Source: Phoronis australis
Lineage: Eukaryota; Animalia; Phoronida
Length of the DNA: 64,000 nucleotides
Reading direction: 5' to 3'
Assembly: GCA_002633005.1 (NCBI GenBank)
Contig: NMRA01000915.1
Location: forward strand, 36,855-100,854
Part shown: in pieces, positions 40,301 through 55,300 of the stretch
How the letters are laid out: each line of letters starts with the position of its first letter
Position numbering within the stretch: position 1 is the stretch's first letter
The notes under the pieces: generated by a model
Told to the model about the DNA's origin: nothing
Seen by the model: the letters and a program-made list of their open reading frames with translations, nothing else
Database searches by the model: none
Position numbers and translations under genes: made by a program

Positions 40301-43300
40301 CATTTTTTGATTCATTCCTTGACCATTTGTTTACTAAAACAATTTATGCAATTTATCTCAGTAACTAGGAGTTACGGGTATATTCTCAAAGACCTTGTGA
40401 TTTTACTTAAGTGACATTTAATAATTTTCAGAAAAAATAGTTACGTGAAGCGTAAGACCAAAGTTCTGTCTTAGTATTACATCACTTTCGTGGAAGAGAT
40501 CTCAGACCAAGTTATGCGCACTTTTCTTACATAGGTAACTACCTCTTAATGGATCATTCTTTCACAGGACGACTACAGCAGAGATACCAAAGTGAAAGAA
40601 GGTATTTTGAGGTAAGACCTCATCCTAGATATCTCCTTACCAGTACTACCTTTCGTGGAATTGTTTTATTTTTACCACTATCCGTATGAATTGGTACTAT
40701 GTCGACTTGCAAGGCAGTAAACATAGTAAAATACTCCTTCCATAAATATTCCGCAGTAATACAGTGGAAAACCTACTTTAACAAACCCTTTAGTTCTCCT
40801 TTTCCAAGACTACCATCATTGTCACGATCGTACATTTTGAAGAGAAGTTGAAGTCTGCTCTCCTCTGAACCTAAAATGCGAAAGGCTGATTTATTTAACA
40901 ATTCATAATTATATACCTCAATGGTGCTGTGCAATAGTTTGAACCGTTCTGACGTACGTCCATTCCCGAAACTCGTTTCTGCGTCGAGAGTTCTAATGTG
41001 TCCACAAAATTAGAAGTTGTGATGTCAATTCCTCTCTAGCACAAATCTAGAACAGTCACATAACCTTTGTAAATTTCACATGAAAAGTAAACATTGTAGA
41101 TCACAAAGTGTACCTTTGGAAAACAGCGCCACGGCGTATAATAACTCTCGGAATGAGATATACCCGTTCTTGTCCTTATCCAGTAGGTCAAACATCAACT
41201 CCACGAAAGAGGAGTCTGGTTTAAGCGACAAAGACTCGGCGAATTCAGCCTGCAGACAAATGTAAAACAGATGCGACTTCGTCATTGCCATTAAAAAAAA
41301 GACAACGTGTGTTCCAAAAGTTGAAGGTCATTGATATATTAAATGATAAAGACATACTCAATAGATGAGAAGCTATAAATGATATATGGAAAGATGACAT
41401 AAAAAGTGTACAGCAGTTATTTCATGCAATCGAAAACAAGTGAAATGACTTTTCTTACTTTTGAAAGCTCACAATCCATGATCTCTCGTGCCTTTTCACG
41501 TCCCTCGCTAAGAGTAAATATGCCGTCGACCTCCTCGTCATACGTCTCGATCTGAAAGAAAACCGGACTAAGACTGATAAGTCGTTCTTTGGTATCGGAA
41601 TGTCATCGGATTGATTGATAAGACTAAGGCATATAGCTAATGTGTATATTACAAAAATCTCAATTATTCATTCAAGAATTGATTCTTTTGCTTACACCAA
41701 AAATCAACTGATTCAAAAATAGTTCTTGTTCTACTGATCAGGAAATTCTGTAAACATCTCTAGCTGTATCGTAATCCAAGTATGCGCCAGATATCAAACA
41801 GAATTCTGATCCCGAGAAGTTTAGCTAAAAGCAGTGTCATTCTTCTGACACGGACAATAAATTCTGGACTAATAATCTTTCTCGTCGCATTCGATTGCAA
41901 CTTGACATATTTGTGACTCGCCTCTGCGGTGCGACGAGGGCCAGTTGATTGCGTCATTTTACTTAACTTCGAGAACATGTCGACTGAAAAGGTGATACAC
42001 GTATTTAGAGACTCATTTGTATTATGTGTGCATTTGACTGGGTTCTTCCTTGCCATTCCCAGAAAACAAAGCACTCCAATAGAAACCAAGTACCAACCTC
42101 GGCAAAGACACTCTTAAAAAACTTCTCCAAAAGCATCTGCCTTTTAATCTTCGTGTTGGCTTGTTTGTGCAAGGACTTGCGACTTCCCATGTGGCACGTG
42201 ACCTGTTTTCCGCTCTTTTCCAAGAACTCCTTTAGAATCGTAAGAAATTCCTGGCGCAATTCGTAGCTACTGAATTCAATCACCTGAAACAGTTACAGTT
42301 TTGAAGTAGAATTTAAGTGCACAATGTATAGTACAAGAATTTACAGACGTATATTTCACGTGCCGGTCAATTGGAGCATCCCATTTTACAATAAAGTTAG
42401 CTTGAAATCGTGATCAGATTTAAAAAGCACTTTGCGATGTCCCACGACTTATAGGGACGGAAAGTGATTACTGCTCCAAACTGGAGACAACCTGTGGCCT
42501 AGTCCTTGCACTATCATACTCAGACCGGCAAAATACAAGAAAACTAACTTTTAAAATTTGAAGTTAGTGCCATAGCATTGTGAGTCGCATATTAGCATAT
42601 TAACCACGTGTGCTCTAAAACTAGAGTTCAACTGGTAATTTTCTAGTTGAACTTTGACCTCATATAACTTCCACAAAAGTGGCAAGGTTTAGAATCAAGA
42701 TGGCGGAATCTCTTAGACTAAGGTGACGTCACAACTTCCGGCACTATCACATGCCCGCTTGAAGTAATCCAGTGGATCGCCGGACCCTCGAATAGGCGCC
42801 ACTTATGGTGGTGGGATCGCCACCACCGTCGTTAAAATATTTACATTACCTTCAAATTATTATCGTCAGGGGTGTTTATTCTTAGAGAAACGTTAAAGTT
42901 TAAAATTCCAGCCATTGGGCTGAAGAAGAATCTTACCAAGTCGTATTCCTTTGGTACATAGAGTAGTAACGTAGTTCTCTTGGCGTCGCCGTTAATACCT
43001 ATGAGAACGGTGTCTGTATTTCGAAAGCTCAGCTCTCGGTAGAGCTTTCCGGAGGGGCTGTTAACCAAAAGGACCAAATTGTCTTCGCTCTCCAAGCGAA
43101 TTTCTACTGTTCGTGTGTTTTCGCCAATTCCAAGCCATTCAGTAGCTGTAAGTGTATCCATCGTTATTAATATCATCCAAATTTTCGTTATTTTCCTTTT
43201 CTTACGCGATAGTAAGCAAAGCAAGTTAAAAGCGGATCAAAATTCAAATCTGGCTTTCAAAAACAGAAATATAAAAACACTACAGTCAATTAAGCGTGTT

Positions 43301-46300
43301 GTACATAGTCATGTAGGACCCTAGAAAAATGTCCAAAATTTGTAAAATTTGGAACACCGCATCTCAAAGTGACTGATCGAATTTATACGAAACTTTCGCA
43401 TGACAGGATTTATGCACTGTTCTCTGTTATGAATTGGTTTTAAAATGATGTACTTTTGCAGGAGGGTTATCAAGAATAGAACTTTTAAGATTTTTATGAA
43501 AAAAAAATCAAAAAAATGCATGAAACAAAATGACAACTTAGAAAGCTGTAAAAACATCTTCGAGATTTCATCATGAACATTTATATCAATTGAAATTTAG
43601 TAATTGATAGACTTGTTTTTCTATGGGTGGACGTTTTTTTGCTACATTTTACTAAAATACAAGGTCACGTGACCCAATTAATGCCAGATTGTATAAAATT
43701 AAACAACAAATTTTTCATGCTTTCTACTTTCAGAAAATTTATACTTTTTCTGGGTTAAAAATCTTTTGTTCTGCAGATATTTGGCTAAATACAAGGACTA
43801 GTCGATAAGGTCCTGCATAACCTTAAAGATACAATAGCCGCTGATACACAACGGATAGTGAAGATTCGACCGTGGTGACTTTTGTGTTGTTTCAAGCCTC
43901 CACCAGAGTCGCTGCGATCTTAAACTTTCTTAACTTGTAAGACCCGAAAGGGCTCAATCGCCACCTGATATAGTTTCTCTTAGCCGCTAAAGCTCGGGTT
44001 TGGACATTCTATAGGAATGTTTAGCATGACGTCATTATGACGTTTTGGACACAGTTTGACGGCATGTCTATTCTTATTTCTGGGTCCAAATTGCGTCATC
44101 TACTGCCATGACTCGTCATCATAAACATCCGTATAGTAGAAGCGGGCGTTTGGGGAAAGATTATAAACTATTGCTACGTGGCAGTGCAAAGTTTAGACCT
44201 CTTTGTTATATCGAATAACATGTACAGCAACTATCACACAATGGATCTACTCCTCGATGTTCCCCTGGTAGAACGCCAACGACATATCCCTACCAAAATG
44301 AGATGATATCTTTAGTCGCTTGTCTGTAGTCTCCAGGCAAACACTTTTGCGCCTTTGGGTTCGCACCACGAAATCCATAACGGGGCCTAGTCAAGATGAA
44401 GCGTGACGGTCGTGATTAAATACAAAGCAATCGTATTTCTATGCTATACAGTACACTATCAGTGCAAAGCGAGGCTGAGCGCGCAATCTCTTGGCTCACA
44501 ACTTGGGTAACTATCGTGTTGGTACACGTATGTAGTGTTAGATGATCTATGGAGCAAGAAAAGTAAAGCACTTGTTCGCGATTGTAGAGTAGTTGTTGAT
44601 TTTTGGGCCTTCGAGAGCGCGCGCAATCTCGCTTTAACCGACTTTAATATCGGCTAAAGCGCCGTTACAAAATGACTGAACGTATATACACGATTTTAAA
44701 TTACTCTAATACTATTCACAAAATAAAATTCTTAACTCGATCTCCGTTAAAAAAGTGCAACGTACAGATGATATGTTTCGCTAGAATTACAGAGTTTGAA
44801 GATACTGAGCAACTGAAACGCGTACTGGTGTTTAGTTGCAATGGTTTAACAAGCCTCCTCCACCGTAAAATGTCGTAATCCTAGGTCTGGGTTCTAATCT
44901 CTGAACTCGAAAGCGAACTCGAAATAATTTTCAACATTTTCCGTTCTACCTTAACACGAACTTAAAGATGCATTGTCTCATTAAATTGTGAATATGAAAA
45001 TGAAGTACTAGTTTACAAACAACTTCGGGTCCTCCAGTGAGCCGGAAACCATCCGAGAACCAGTTACGATTACAATCTCGCAAAATAATATTTCATCATG
45101 GAAGGCGGACACCGGATGCCGGCCACCGACAACTGAGGTCTGACTACTTGGCCGACACCCCTCACGGTGACCACAATGAACGCATTCGTTCTGTAATTTC
45201 ATTTTGCCGTCACCTTGGACAATATTCATCATCATGCAATTTTGCGTCTCTGGTAGTGCAAATTCTAGGTTTTTGCACACACTTCTCGTCCACATTCATT
45301 AGGACGACACGGGAATCCTAGGGAAACCCCCACAACATTGTCGCTACCCTAATGAAACAAGGGACAGTTTTTATTATTATTTGTTTATTTCAGTATTAAA
45401 CAACGATTGCGTAATATTCGGAATTACTAGGGTTTTTACATGTTCACAGTTGTTTTTAAGTGTATCGATTGTGGTGTTTTCTTTGAAACCGCAATTTATT
45501 TACAAGTTATTTCTTTTCCTGGTTATACTTGTATACTCAGTTCTCCAGGAAGTCGCTAGGTTAGGCTTGCTACAAATTTAAATGTTCACGGTTTTAATGA
45601 GACATAGCATCTTCAAAATATGTGTCTAATATTGAATACAATATGGTTTGCGCAAATGAGTGTCTCGTCCGAGTTCAAACTTCATTACTAAACTGAATTA
45701 CAAACTTGAATAAAAACTCCGAATTTCGAGTAATAATGACTCGACCTTTCAAATTCTGACTCAAACTTACAATTAATTTAATCCTCGGGTCATCAGATGC
45801 AAATTAGGATGAGAAAGTCATCCACGTAATGTATGATTGTACTGTAACACAGATTAATAGACACTGATCTTGAGTTCGCACAAAAATAGAGCACAAGGGG
45901 ATACGTCAAAAATCTCGAGTACAAAGACTAGAAACCGGGCCCTGGTATACTTTTGCGGAACTAAGCGTACGCATAAACTGATGCATTCCCTTAACCAATA
46001 TTCTGTCGTATTTAAAGCTGCATTACGCCCTGTTTGGCTGACTCAAATAAAAACTGAATTAGGCGTTTTAATCTTAAAAAATGGTCTCGTAATATTCGTT
46101 ACCGTGATAGGATTCTTTTTCCGCTACCATCAGAGCAACCCTGAAACTGCGAATTTCAATGGCGCATGTGCGCGTTGTCCATGGCTTGAGCTCGTAACGG
46201 ATATAAAATACTGTCACAGTAAGAAGCATTATGAGACTCATTTTATAAGAGTGAATGGATTAATTCTATTTTCGTTTCTAGCTAGCAGAACAGAGCGAAG

Positions 46301-49300
46301 TGCAACTTTACTATCTAGATAACCGCTTAAGCTTCATACCTCGTAAATAGTTATTTTACGAGTTGAAAATTTCTGATTTGGTTTCATCTGTCTGTTCCTC
46401 AGCACGTGATTTCAAGTATAAATATTTTGAATGCAATTTAGAAATTTTCCGAAAATGTAAGATATGCTTTGAAGAACACCAAAAGACGGTTTCGCAAGAT
46501 TAAAAATAACAAAGGTCGCCATCATAGTTGGTAGCTTTCAAATGAAACCAAGGAAGTTTTGCAGATGATGACTGGCAATGGTGGCAAGTCAGTATTTCGA
46601 TGCGATTCAATAGCGGGCTAGTAACAAAAACAAGACCTGATGACGTCACGAACCGCCATTGTACCTGATTGTTGCTAGGAAGTTGTTGAACACGTAGGAA
46701 TTGCATTCGTTAGAGCTAGGAACCAATGTTGGTTAGAGCTATACACTATTTGGCATTAAATTGCTTTCGCAGTACAGTATTTCTTTAAATTGTGCCAAGT
46801 CAATCATTGTCATCATTCGTCATTGTGAAATGTAAATAACGTATAAAAAGTCTAGGGTAAATTTTCCATCAAGACGAGAAACTGAGGTTATCTCAGATAA
46901 AATTTTGAATAGAAGCCGAGTAAATGAATAGAACAACAGCCAATTCTAACTGAGGTGATTAGATACATCAGTACTTAGGTTTGGGTTTATCTGGTCAATG
47001 AGGGTACCATTTTGTACTTCAATAAGCAATTAGCCGTGTCTCAGTGATCAGGACATTTTCGGTTGCTTCAAAGCTGTGTTCCGTAGACGCAAGAATCTCG
47101 CAAGTAAAGCTAGGCGGTGTAGTCACGTGCTTTGCTTGCAATGCATGGCGATATCTCGCGAAGTTTTGCGTGATCTTGCATTTTCATGAAGTTCTCGCAT
47201 CTNGTACTTGTGTACTCAGTTTTCCAGGAAGTCGCTAGGTTAGGCTTGCTACAAATTGAAATGTTCACGGTTTTAATGAGACATAGCGTCTTCAAAATAT
47301 GTGTCTAATATTGAATACAATATGGTTTGCGCAAATGAGTGTCTCGTCCAAGTTCAAACTTCATTACTAAACTGAATTACAAACTTGAATAAAAACTCCG
47401 AATTTCGAGTAATAATGACTCGACCTTTCAAATTCTGACTCAAACTTACAATTAATTTAATCCTCGGGTCATCAGATGCAAATTAGGATGAGAAGGTCAT
47501 CCACGTAATGTATGATTGTACTGTAACACAGGTTAATAGACACTTGAGTTCGCACAAAAATAGAGCACAAGGAGATACGTCAAAAATCTCGAGTACAAAG
47601 ACTAGAAACCGGGCCCTGGTATACTTTTGCGGAACTAAGCGTACGCATAAACTGTTGCATTCCCTTAACCAATATTCTGTCGCATTTAAAGCTGCATTGC
47701 GCCCTGTTTGGCTGACTAAAGTGAAAACTGAATTAGGCCTTTTACTCTTAAAAAATGGTCTCGTAATATTCGTTACCGTGATAGGATTCTTTTTCCGCTA
47801 CCATCAGAGCAACCCTGAAACTGCGAATTTCAATGGCGCATGTGCGCATTGTCTGTGACTTGAGCTCGTAACGGATATAAAATAGTGTTACAGTAAGAAG
47901 CATTATGAGACTCATTTTATAAGAGTGAATGGATTAATTCTATTTTCGTTTCTAGCTAGCAGAACAGAGCGAAGTGCAACTTTACTATCGAGATAACCGC
48001 TTAAGCTTCATACCTTGTAAATAGTTATTTTATGAGTTGAAAATTTCTGATTTGGTTTCATCTGTCTGTTACACAGCACGTGATTTCTAATATTTTGAAT
48101 GCAGTTTAGAAATTTTCCGAAAATGTAAAATATGCTTTGAGGAACACCAAAAGACGGTTTTGATAGATTAAAAATAGTAAAGGTCGCCATAATAGTTGGT
48201 AGCTTTCAAATGAAACCAGGGAAGTTCTGCAGATGATGACTGGCAATGGTGGTAAGTCAGTATTTCGATGCGATTCAATAGCGGGCTAGTAACAAAAACA
48301 TGACCTGATGACGTCACGAACCGCCATTGTACCTGATTGTTGCTATGAAGTTGTTGAACACGTAGGAATTGCATTCGTTAGAGCTAGGAACCAATGTTGG
48401 TTAGAGCTATACACTATTTGGCATTACATTGCTTTCGCAGTTCAGTATTTCTTTAAATTGTGCCAAGTCAATCATTGTCATCATTCGTCATTGTGAAATG
48501 TAAATAACATATTAAAAGTCTAGGGAAAATTTTCCATCAAGACGAGAAACTGATGTTATCTCAGATAAAATTGTGAATAGAAGCCGAGTAGATGAATAGA
48601 ACAACAGCCAATTCTAACTGAGGTGATTAGATAAATCAGTACTTAGATTTGGGTTTATCTGGTCAATGAGGGTCATTTTGTACTTCAATATGCAATTAGC
48701 CGTGTCTCAGTCATCAGGACATTTTCGGTTGCTTTAAGGCTGTGTTCCGTAGACGCAAGAATCTCGCAAGTAAAGCTAGTCGGTGTAGTCACGTGCTTTG
48801 CTTGCAATGCATGGCGATCGATATCTCGCGAAGTTTTGCGTGATCTTGCATTTTCATGAAGTTCTTGCATCTAGGGAACGGTGCCTCAATTAAGCCTAAA
48901 ACATGCCACCCCTTCCGATTTCACGACTATGTCATTCATTTTCGTATTCTGTATCAGCAAATGACTGTCATTCATTACAAGAACTATTTTATTCAAACAT
49001 GTTAGACTCTACACGTTCCCAAAATTGTCGGCGGTGTCATTTAACATGCATGTTATCTGTAGTGCGTTCCAAAGACGCAAAGCACCCTCGAGCAAGGCCA
49101 GTGTGATCATGTGCTTCACTTGTAATGCATGGCAATAACTCGTGAAGACGTTCACGATCATCTTGATATTTCGCGAGTACCTTGCGTCTACGAAACGCAT
49201 CTCATGTTACAGCCGACAAGGTATCGGGAAGCGAGTATTTGAATACTTATGCAGACGAGACAACATAACCTTAAATTTGCGTTGTGACAAACATGGTAGG

Positions 49301-52300
49301 ACAACTGATGCCCCACTAGAGGACTAACATGTACAACATACATATACGGGAGTAGAAGCAATAAGCGGGGGGGTCATTTACCATAGGGATAGCTGTCGGG
49401 ATAGGGAAAGCAATACTTACTACCGGCATCTACATAACATAAATATATAAAGCATAACGTTATGACACTTATGTAAAATCATGTTTGTAAAATAGTTGTA
49501 ATCCCTACTCGAAACAGAATATTACACGATCTGTCAGTCTAATTACGCCATTTCTATATTACTATGATATACAGCCACCTCCAACCACCAAAATTATTCA
49601 TAACTTCATTGCAATAGAACTATATCTAATCAACGGTGATTATGCAGAAGTACCATCAGACAAAAATGGGCTCTCCGTACCACTATGAAACAAATTATTA
49701 CAATATGTCACGACTTCATGTGACCTTTTCATGGATAGTACTAAACTGAGTTAAAATCTAGTCACGAGCTCATTCCAAATAAGGGTATCTAATTCATTTT
49801 TGTATGCCGTCATCAATGATAACTGAAGCTATGACTGGCTACCAACAATACATTACATTTTCTCTATTCATTTATCTATTGTCTATATCTGATCGCACAC
49901 AGATCCTTCTGAAAGCATGTCACAATCAGAGCGTAAACAGTTATATTTTGGTGCCTAAATGTCATGAGGAAATTCAAAATTTTCAATGAATCTATTTGTT
50001 GCAAAATAGAAAATGGTGAAAAACTGGGAGCTTAAAATCGTATCTTGTGAAATGAACAAGTAGAATTTGAAGTCGCATATGACAAGTGAGGCTAGCCGGC
50101 TAAATTCGAAGCCGCAATTTGCTAGATTGTTTCATCAAATCCTACACCGCAAAGAATCTTTCAGTTTTCGCTAAGTTGGTAGGCCCCGGCGGCCGTCTTC
50201 GAGATGATTTCCAAGTTTTTTTGTAATATCTAGTTTCAAATAGACTTATTACAGGTGAAGACAAACAACAGCGTATAACGAACTGAGAAGGATCGAGGCT
50301 CTACGTCAAAATGATGAAAATTGTCGCTTAAATACTGAGCTTTACAATATTCAAGCCCCGGTAAGCTGAACCGCCAATGGAAATCCGAACTAAGGAGACA
50401 CAAACCAAGGAGGAGTAACGTAAAATTTTCCGTAAACTTCTGCCCTTGCCAGCGTATGCAGAGCCTTCGTCTATCCGTAAATAGGTCAATGTATGTTTAA
50501 AAGATGCATTTGGCATCCACTACTACAGCGTACAGAAGCGAAAAGCAGACACGCAATGTCCAAGCTAATAACTACAATTCATGCATGCTTCAAAAATGAT
50601 CGGTGAATCATGAATTGCAACTCTTGTTCCATTTCGGTGCAAAATGAAAGAAAAGGCTTTGAAGAACGAAACTTGGCACGCAAGGACGACAAAGGTAACG
50701 ACACAAATACAACAATGGTGATGACAACGATGCACATGAGACCAAGAGCGACAACGACAACGATCTCGAAAGCAATGGCACCGCCAACAAGGCCGACAAC
50801 AATGCCCTTGCCAACGGCAGTGTTCACACCGCAGACAATATAGGCAAAGACGACTACGCCTACGATAATGTGAAGCCTGCGCGACTATTGACAAGAGCAA
50901 CGTTGACGATCCGAGAGCGCCACCAGTGTAACTGACAACACCGTCGACAACACACCATGACACTATAAAGAGATATTTTGAAAAATGCCCATACCTCACA
51001 GTGCCATCTGGCGTCCAGTCTAACTAAAATGCAACACATTTTGAGATGCAAACAAGACAAATATTGTGTGCAAGTTTCCTGACAATCGAATGAAAAATGA
51101 GGTGTTTGTCGTGAGAATGATTGGAAAGGTCTTAGAAGAACTCGTATTGTTCTCAAATCCTAAGACGTCTACTACAAGCCTGAGTGACTGACGTTGTAGC
51201 GTCTTACGAAGGTAATCAGAAAATCTCGAATAACTCGAGTCGTAACGAGAAACAAATACCACACTGGTAGCTCTTAACAAGATCGATTCAAATATCAAGT
51301 TCCAGAATGATCCTTCAAAGGACGCCAGAGCTTTGACACGGCAGATCAAACAATAAAACAATAGCCGTTACAGCCCCAACTTTAGTCCAACCAAGAACAG
51401 CAGACCTCTAGCTCCTTCCAGTTATGTGTTGCGCTCTAATTTCACGTCGATGAAACAAGAATTGCGCACAAAATAACTTCATGCCAGAGCAATTTACTTG
51501 GCAAAATTTCGCCAAGTAACAACAGTACAATATACATGTATACATATGTATATGTTGCTTCATAACACTTGAGTACGTTGGCAACAATTGTCTTGAATAG
51601 TATTGCTTCTGCTGAGGTTCTAGCTTCAACGCAGTCCTCTCGTAACTTCTTGATGACATACGCCCTTGTGTACACGAATAAGCAGACATAGATTCAGACG
51701 CGGACGCAAATGACTCGGGAACCGTAAATATGAAAAATTTAGCAGAACATGAGCAGAACATGGTCTCAAGCTCAGAAAGTGTTACTAATCTGTGTAAGAA
51801 ACTAGATGCGACCAGTTTTGTAACAAGTGACAACATGAATTGAAATAAGCCTGTTGACAGAAAGGTTGACAGAAAAGTTGTTTGTAGAATTTTGAATGAG
51901 TCAAAATTTCATCATGATCAACAGAAAATCTTCACTTACCAATCGATTTCTTTGCCTTTTCATTCACCATTTGCCTAAGTTTTTCTTGGTCGTATTTCCG
52001 CTTGGACTTCGACAATGCTTGTTTGTTGATTTTGTTGGTTATATAGGCAACAAGTATGCAAACTGAAATACATTGGGCTCGCAATTTAAGGACAAAGCTT
52101 TCAAATGACTAATTAACTAGCAAGGCTGGTGATTTCTTTTTAAATTGGCAGGATCTCACAAGATCTGCATCACCCTAATGTAACGCAAGATGCCGTCTAG
52201 GGTTGCGTTCCGGAGACGCAATACACTCGCGACGAAGCGCGATGACGCAAGATCACACCAAATCATGCGCGTGAGAAGAGTCAACTGTTTCGTGAGTACG

Positions 52301-55300
52301 CTCGGAACTTTACTGGCGTACACTTTCTAATGATTTATAGGCGAGGCTGGGTTGTTGATTATTAATTCTCCGTTTCCATTGGATTTCTCACTGCTAGTGC
52401 GTCGCTAGTGTGTTGCGTTTACGGAGCGATTCCCGGTTTCGTCGCATAAGTCAAAATTTCTCGTATCTAACATCAATGAATGCACTGGACGCTCACATTC
52501 TTAAAAAATGAGCTGACTTATGAAATTTACTGCGTCAGCTGAGATCACAAGGTGACACGAACTGGCATATGCCAACAGATTAAACGAAACAGGCGAAAAT
52601 TTTGAGTTTAAAAGGACCTTCGAAATCCTTGATTTCTCACCGAATGGAAATATGATAAGAGCGACGATAGATGCGATGTAGGAGAACTCGCTGGTGACGA
52701 AGTAGTCGTAGTTCCGACGTGATGTACAGCGTAACTCGACATGCTTGTTGAGTTCGTCTACTGAGAAGGTTTTGGCGGTACACGGGTCGCCTAAAATTAC
52801 AATGATACTTTGGATGTACAACATGGATGCACATTTATGGTGGTTTGTGCAACAACTGAACATGACGATGATTGTTCCTCGCACGTGCTCTATTGTGTGT
52901 AGTTTTTATGTAGCACATTATAAAGGACCATGCAAACTCTTAAGATTGTTCTAACTAAAATAGGAACTTAAATAGACACGTCCAGTTCTGTGTGTATGAA
53001 ATACTCCATGTCTGTACGCTGCTGCATACTTGTGTCAAACCCTGAGGGATAGAAGATAGAGGTATTGATGACGTGGATAAAATAAAGCCTCGAGGTGTCG
53101 ATGCTTACCAGGTGTGTGATAAAACACGTTGTTGCTGATTTTTCTTATGCCCATTACGTCTGACATCACTTTACTCAGGGTGTATGTCTTTATTTCAGCT
53201 ATTTCTGAATCTGTGAATAATCTGCGGACAAAAGAAGGATACACTGTTGGCTTTTTTGGTTAATGCACCTAAACTTGCCTAAATTTTAATGTTTATGAAT
53301 TGGTTTAGAAGAATGACACTTTGTCTCAAGCATGAAAACAGTTAACTCTACATTTTCTGAAGTACGAACAAAAGGCAATTTGAAAACATATTGAAGCAGG
53401 CGACATCTCACCCATTTTGCTTATTCTCAAACCAAAACCTATCCGCGTTCCTGAGCCTGATAAACTGCTCCTTCAAAACATCGGTGAACAACTTGCAGAA
53501 GTGTCCGTTACGCGTCTCCATCATTCCACCCGTGAAAACATCGACACTCGACATGTTAGGGTAAAGGACATCAAATGCACCAACCAACTGAAACAATGAA
53601 GTGTGATATTCTCAACCTCATTCAACAGTATCAGATTCTCCAAAGTAAAATAACGAAAGTCAATGGAATAAATGTTTTCGATCTTGGTTAGTTAAACGTA
53701 CAGATTAAAGCTAGGCTGGGTATTCACTCTCTTGGTTTACGGATTGTACAGGTGCAGATTCGAGGTGACCTTAAGCGTCCTGTTGTTCAGTTTTTCAAAT
53801 ATCTACCTTTGTTGTATTTTCCCTAGCCACTATTCGTCAACGTCTAAATGCGTCGTTATCGTAGGACGGTTTGGGAAGTTGCTCCCACTGCACGTTTTTC
53901 GCAAAACAAAATTAGTTCGTATGTGTGTATGTATGTATGTATGTACATGTATGTATGTATGTATGTACCTGTCTTACATCTTTTACGTAAATTTGACCAT
54001 CTATCCTGTCAAGTCCCAGATATAATGTGGTTCCTAGGCAACACATTTTATGTTTTCAACATTACTTTTCTCTCAAAACATAGCACTGAACTTAAAATTT
54101 CGTAAAACAATTGTATTTAAAGCTTAAAATTCCGAGGGCCTACTAGGCCACTCATAGGCATAGCTGATATACCTATCATTGGTTTCTGAACCAATTTAGG
54201 GAATTGTTCCTTACGTTTGGATGTGATTCCGTCACATTGAAGACTGGTTGTTCTTCGCCACACCAAGTAGTTCTTACAGTCTGGTAGTCTGCGAGACCAA
54301 AATCTCTACCACTCATCAGTGTAAACGCGATTGCGTCAACGCGAGAATCGTGAAGCGGTCCGAAGTAGCTATCTGCACGATAAGTGAAAGGTGATAAACG
54401 TACCATATTGCGAATGCCAGTCGAGAGACGGTATTCACGGGAATCTCCTTATTTGGAGAACAATCCAAAGTTTCTGGAAAAGTTTCTTCTCATGCTCCAG
54501 ATGTCGGTTGTGTTCTGGCAAATAAGCAACACCTTTGTTCGAATGAAGAAAACTACGTTAAACACGCCTTTAAGTCGTCCAGTTCCTGTTAAGAATGTGG
54601 GTGGACCTTCCTACCAGTTCGCCATGTGATATATCTTGTAGACATGCACATGTATCGTCTACATGCTTGTTTCTTAATATGCAGAAGGTGGGCCACTATC
54701 ATATATCTGCGCCTCGGTATCAGCATGGCAGCAGTCAGATTGGGTTATGCGCGCGCACATCTTTGTTTTCATGTCGTGCTTTAATTTACAGTGATCTGTT
54801 AGAATTTGATCACACGTCCAGCACCCAATTTGCCGAGAGTCAGAAACGGTTGGACTGTTACTACAGTAGGATAAATCTCCAAGTGTTGGTTGGCGCCAGT
54901 GTCAAATTAGGAGCTTTTTCCTTCTGACAAACATTGTCAAACGGTCACTAGGTTGCAAAAACAAGTAAAATTTATTGCAATTTAAAATACTACGGAATTA
55001 CCTCGAAAATCCTCAACAATGCACGTGTCTTCCTTTTCAGCTTTCTGTGACGCTAGTCCTGCTAAGACTTGTTCCACTTCAATTTTTTTCTCTTTGAATA
55101 AAATCTGAAACCGTAAACATGAACGTCACTTTTTTCCTACTTGCTAGTCGCGCAAGCACATGGTTTGGATGTACAGTACAAGCCAGGAGTGTCCAGACAA
55201 AATAACCCGGAATACCCCGCCATGACGGCTGAGCGGAAACCGAATTCGACGTGATGTATTGCAGTCTTCTCTCATGACTAAAAACGAGGGGAATTAACAG

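Noticed and set aside
45870-47858. Paired 150- and 116-aa ORFs as duplicated genes
   Set aside because: They lie in the duplicated block, run across a MITE terminus, have different stops and show no protein-like motifs.
50579-50827. Hydrophobic TM-like minus-strand ORF as an extra DUOX exon
   Set aside because: The DUOX exons at 51940 and 43145 already join in phase. The Val-rich reading is the reverse complement of an ACA/ACG-rich tract.
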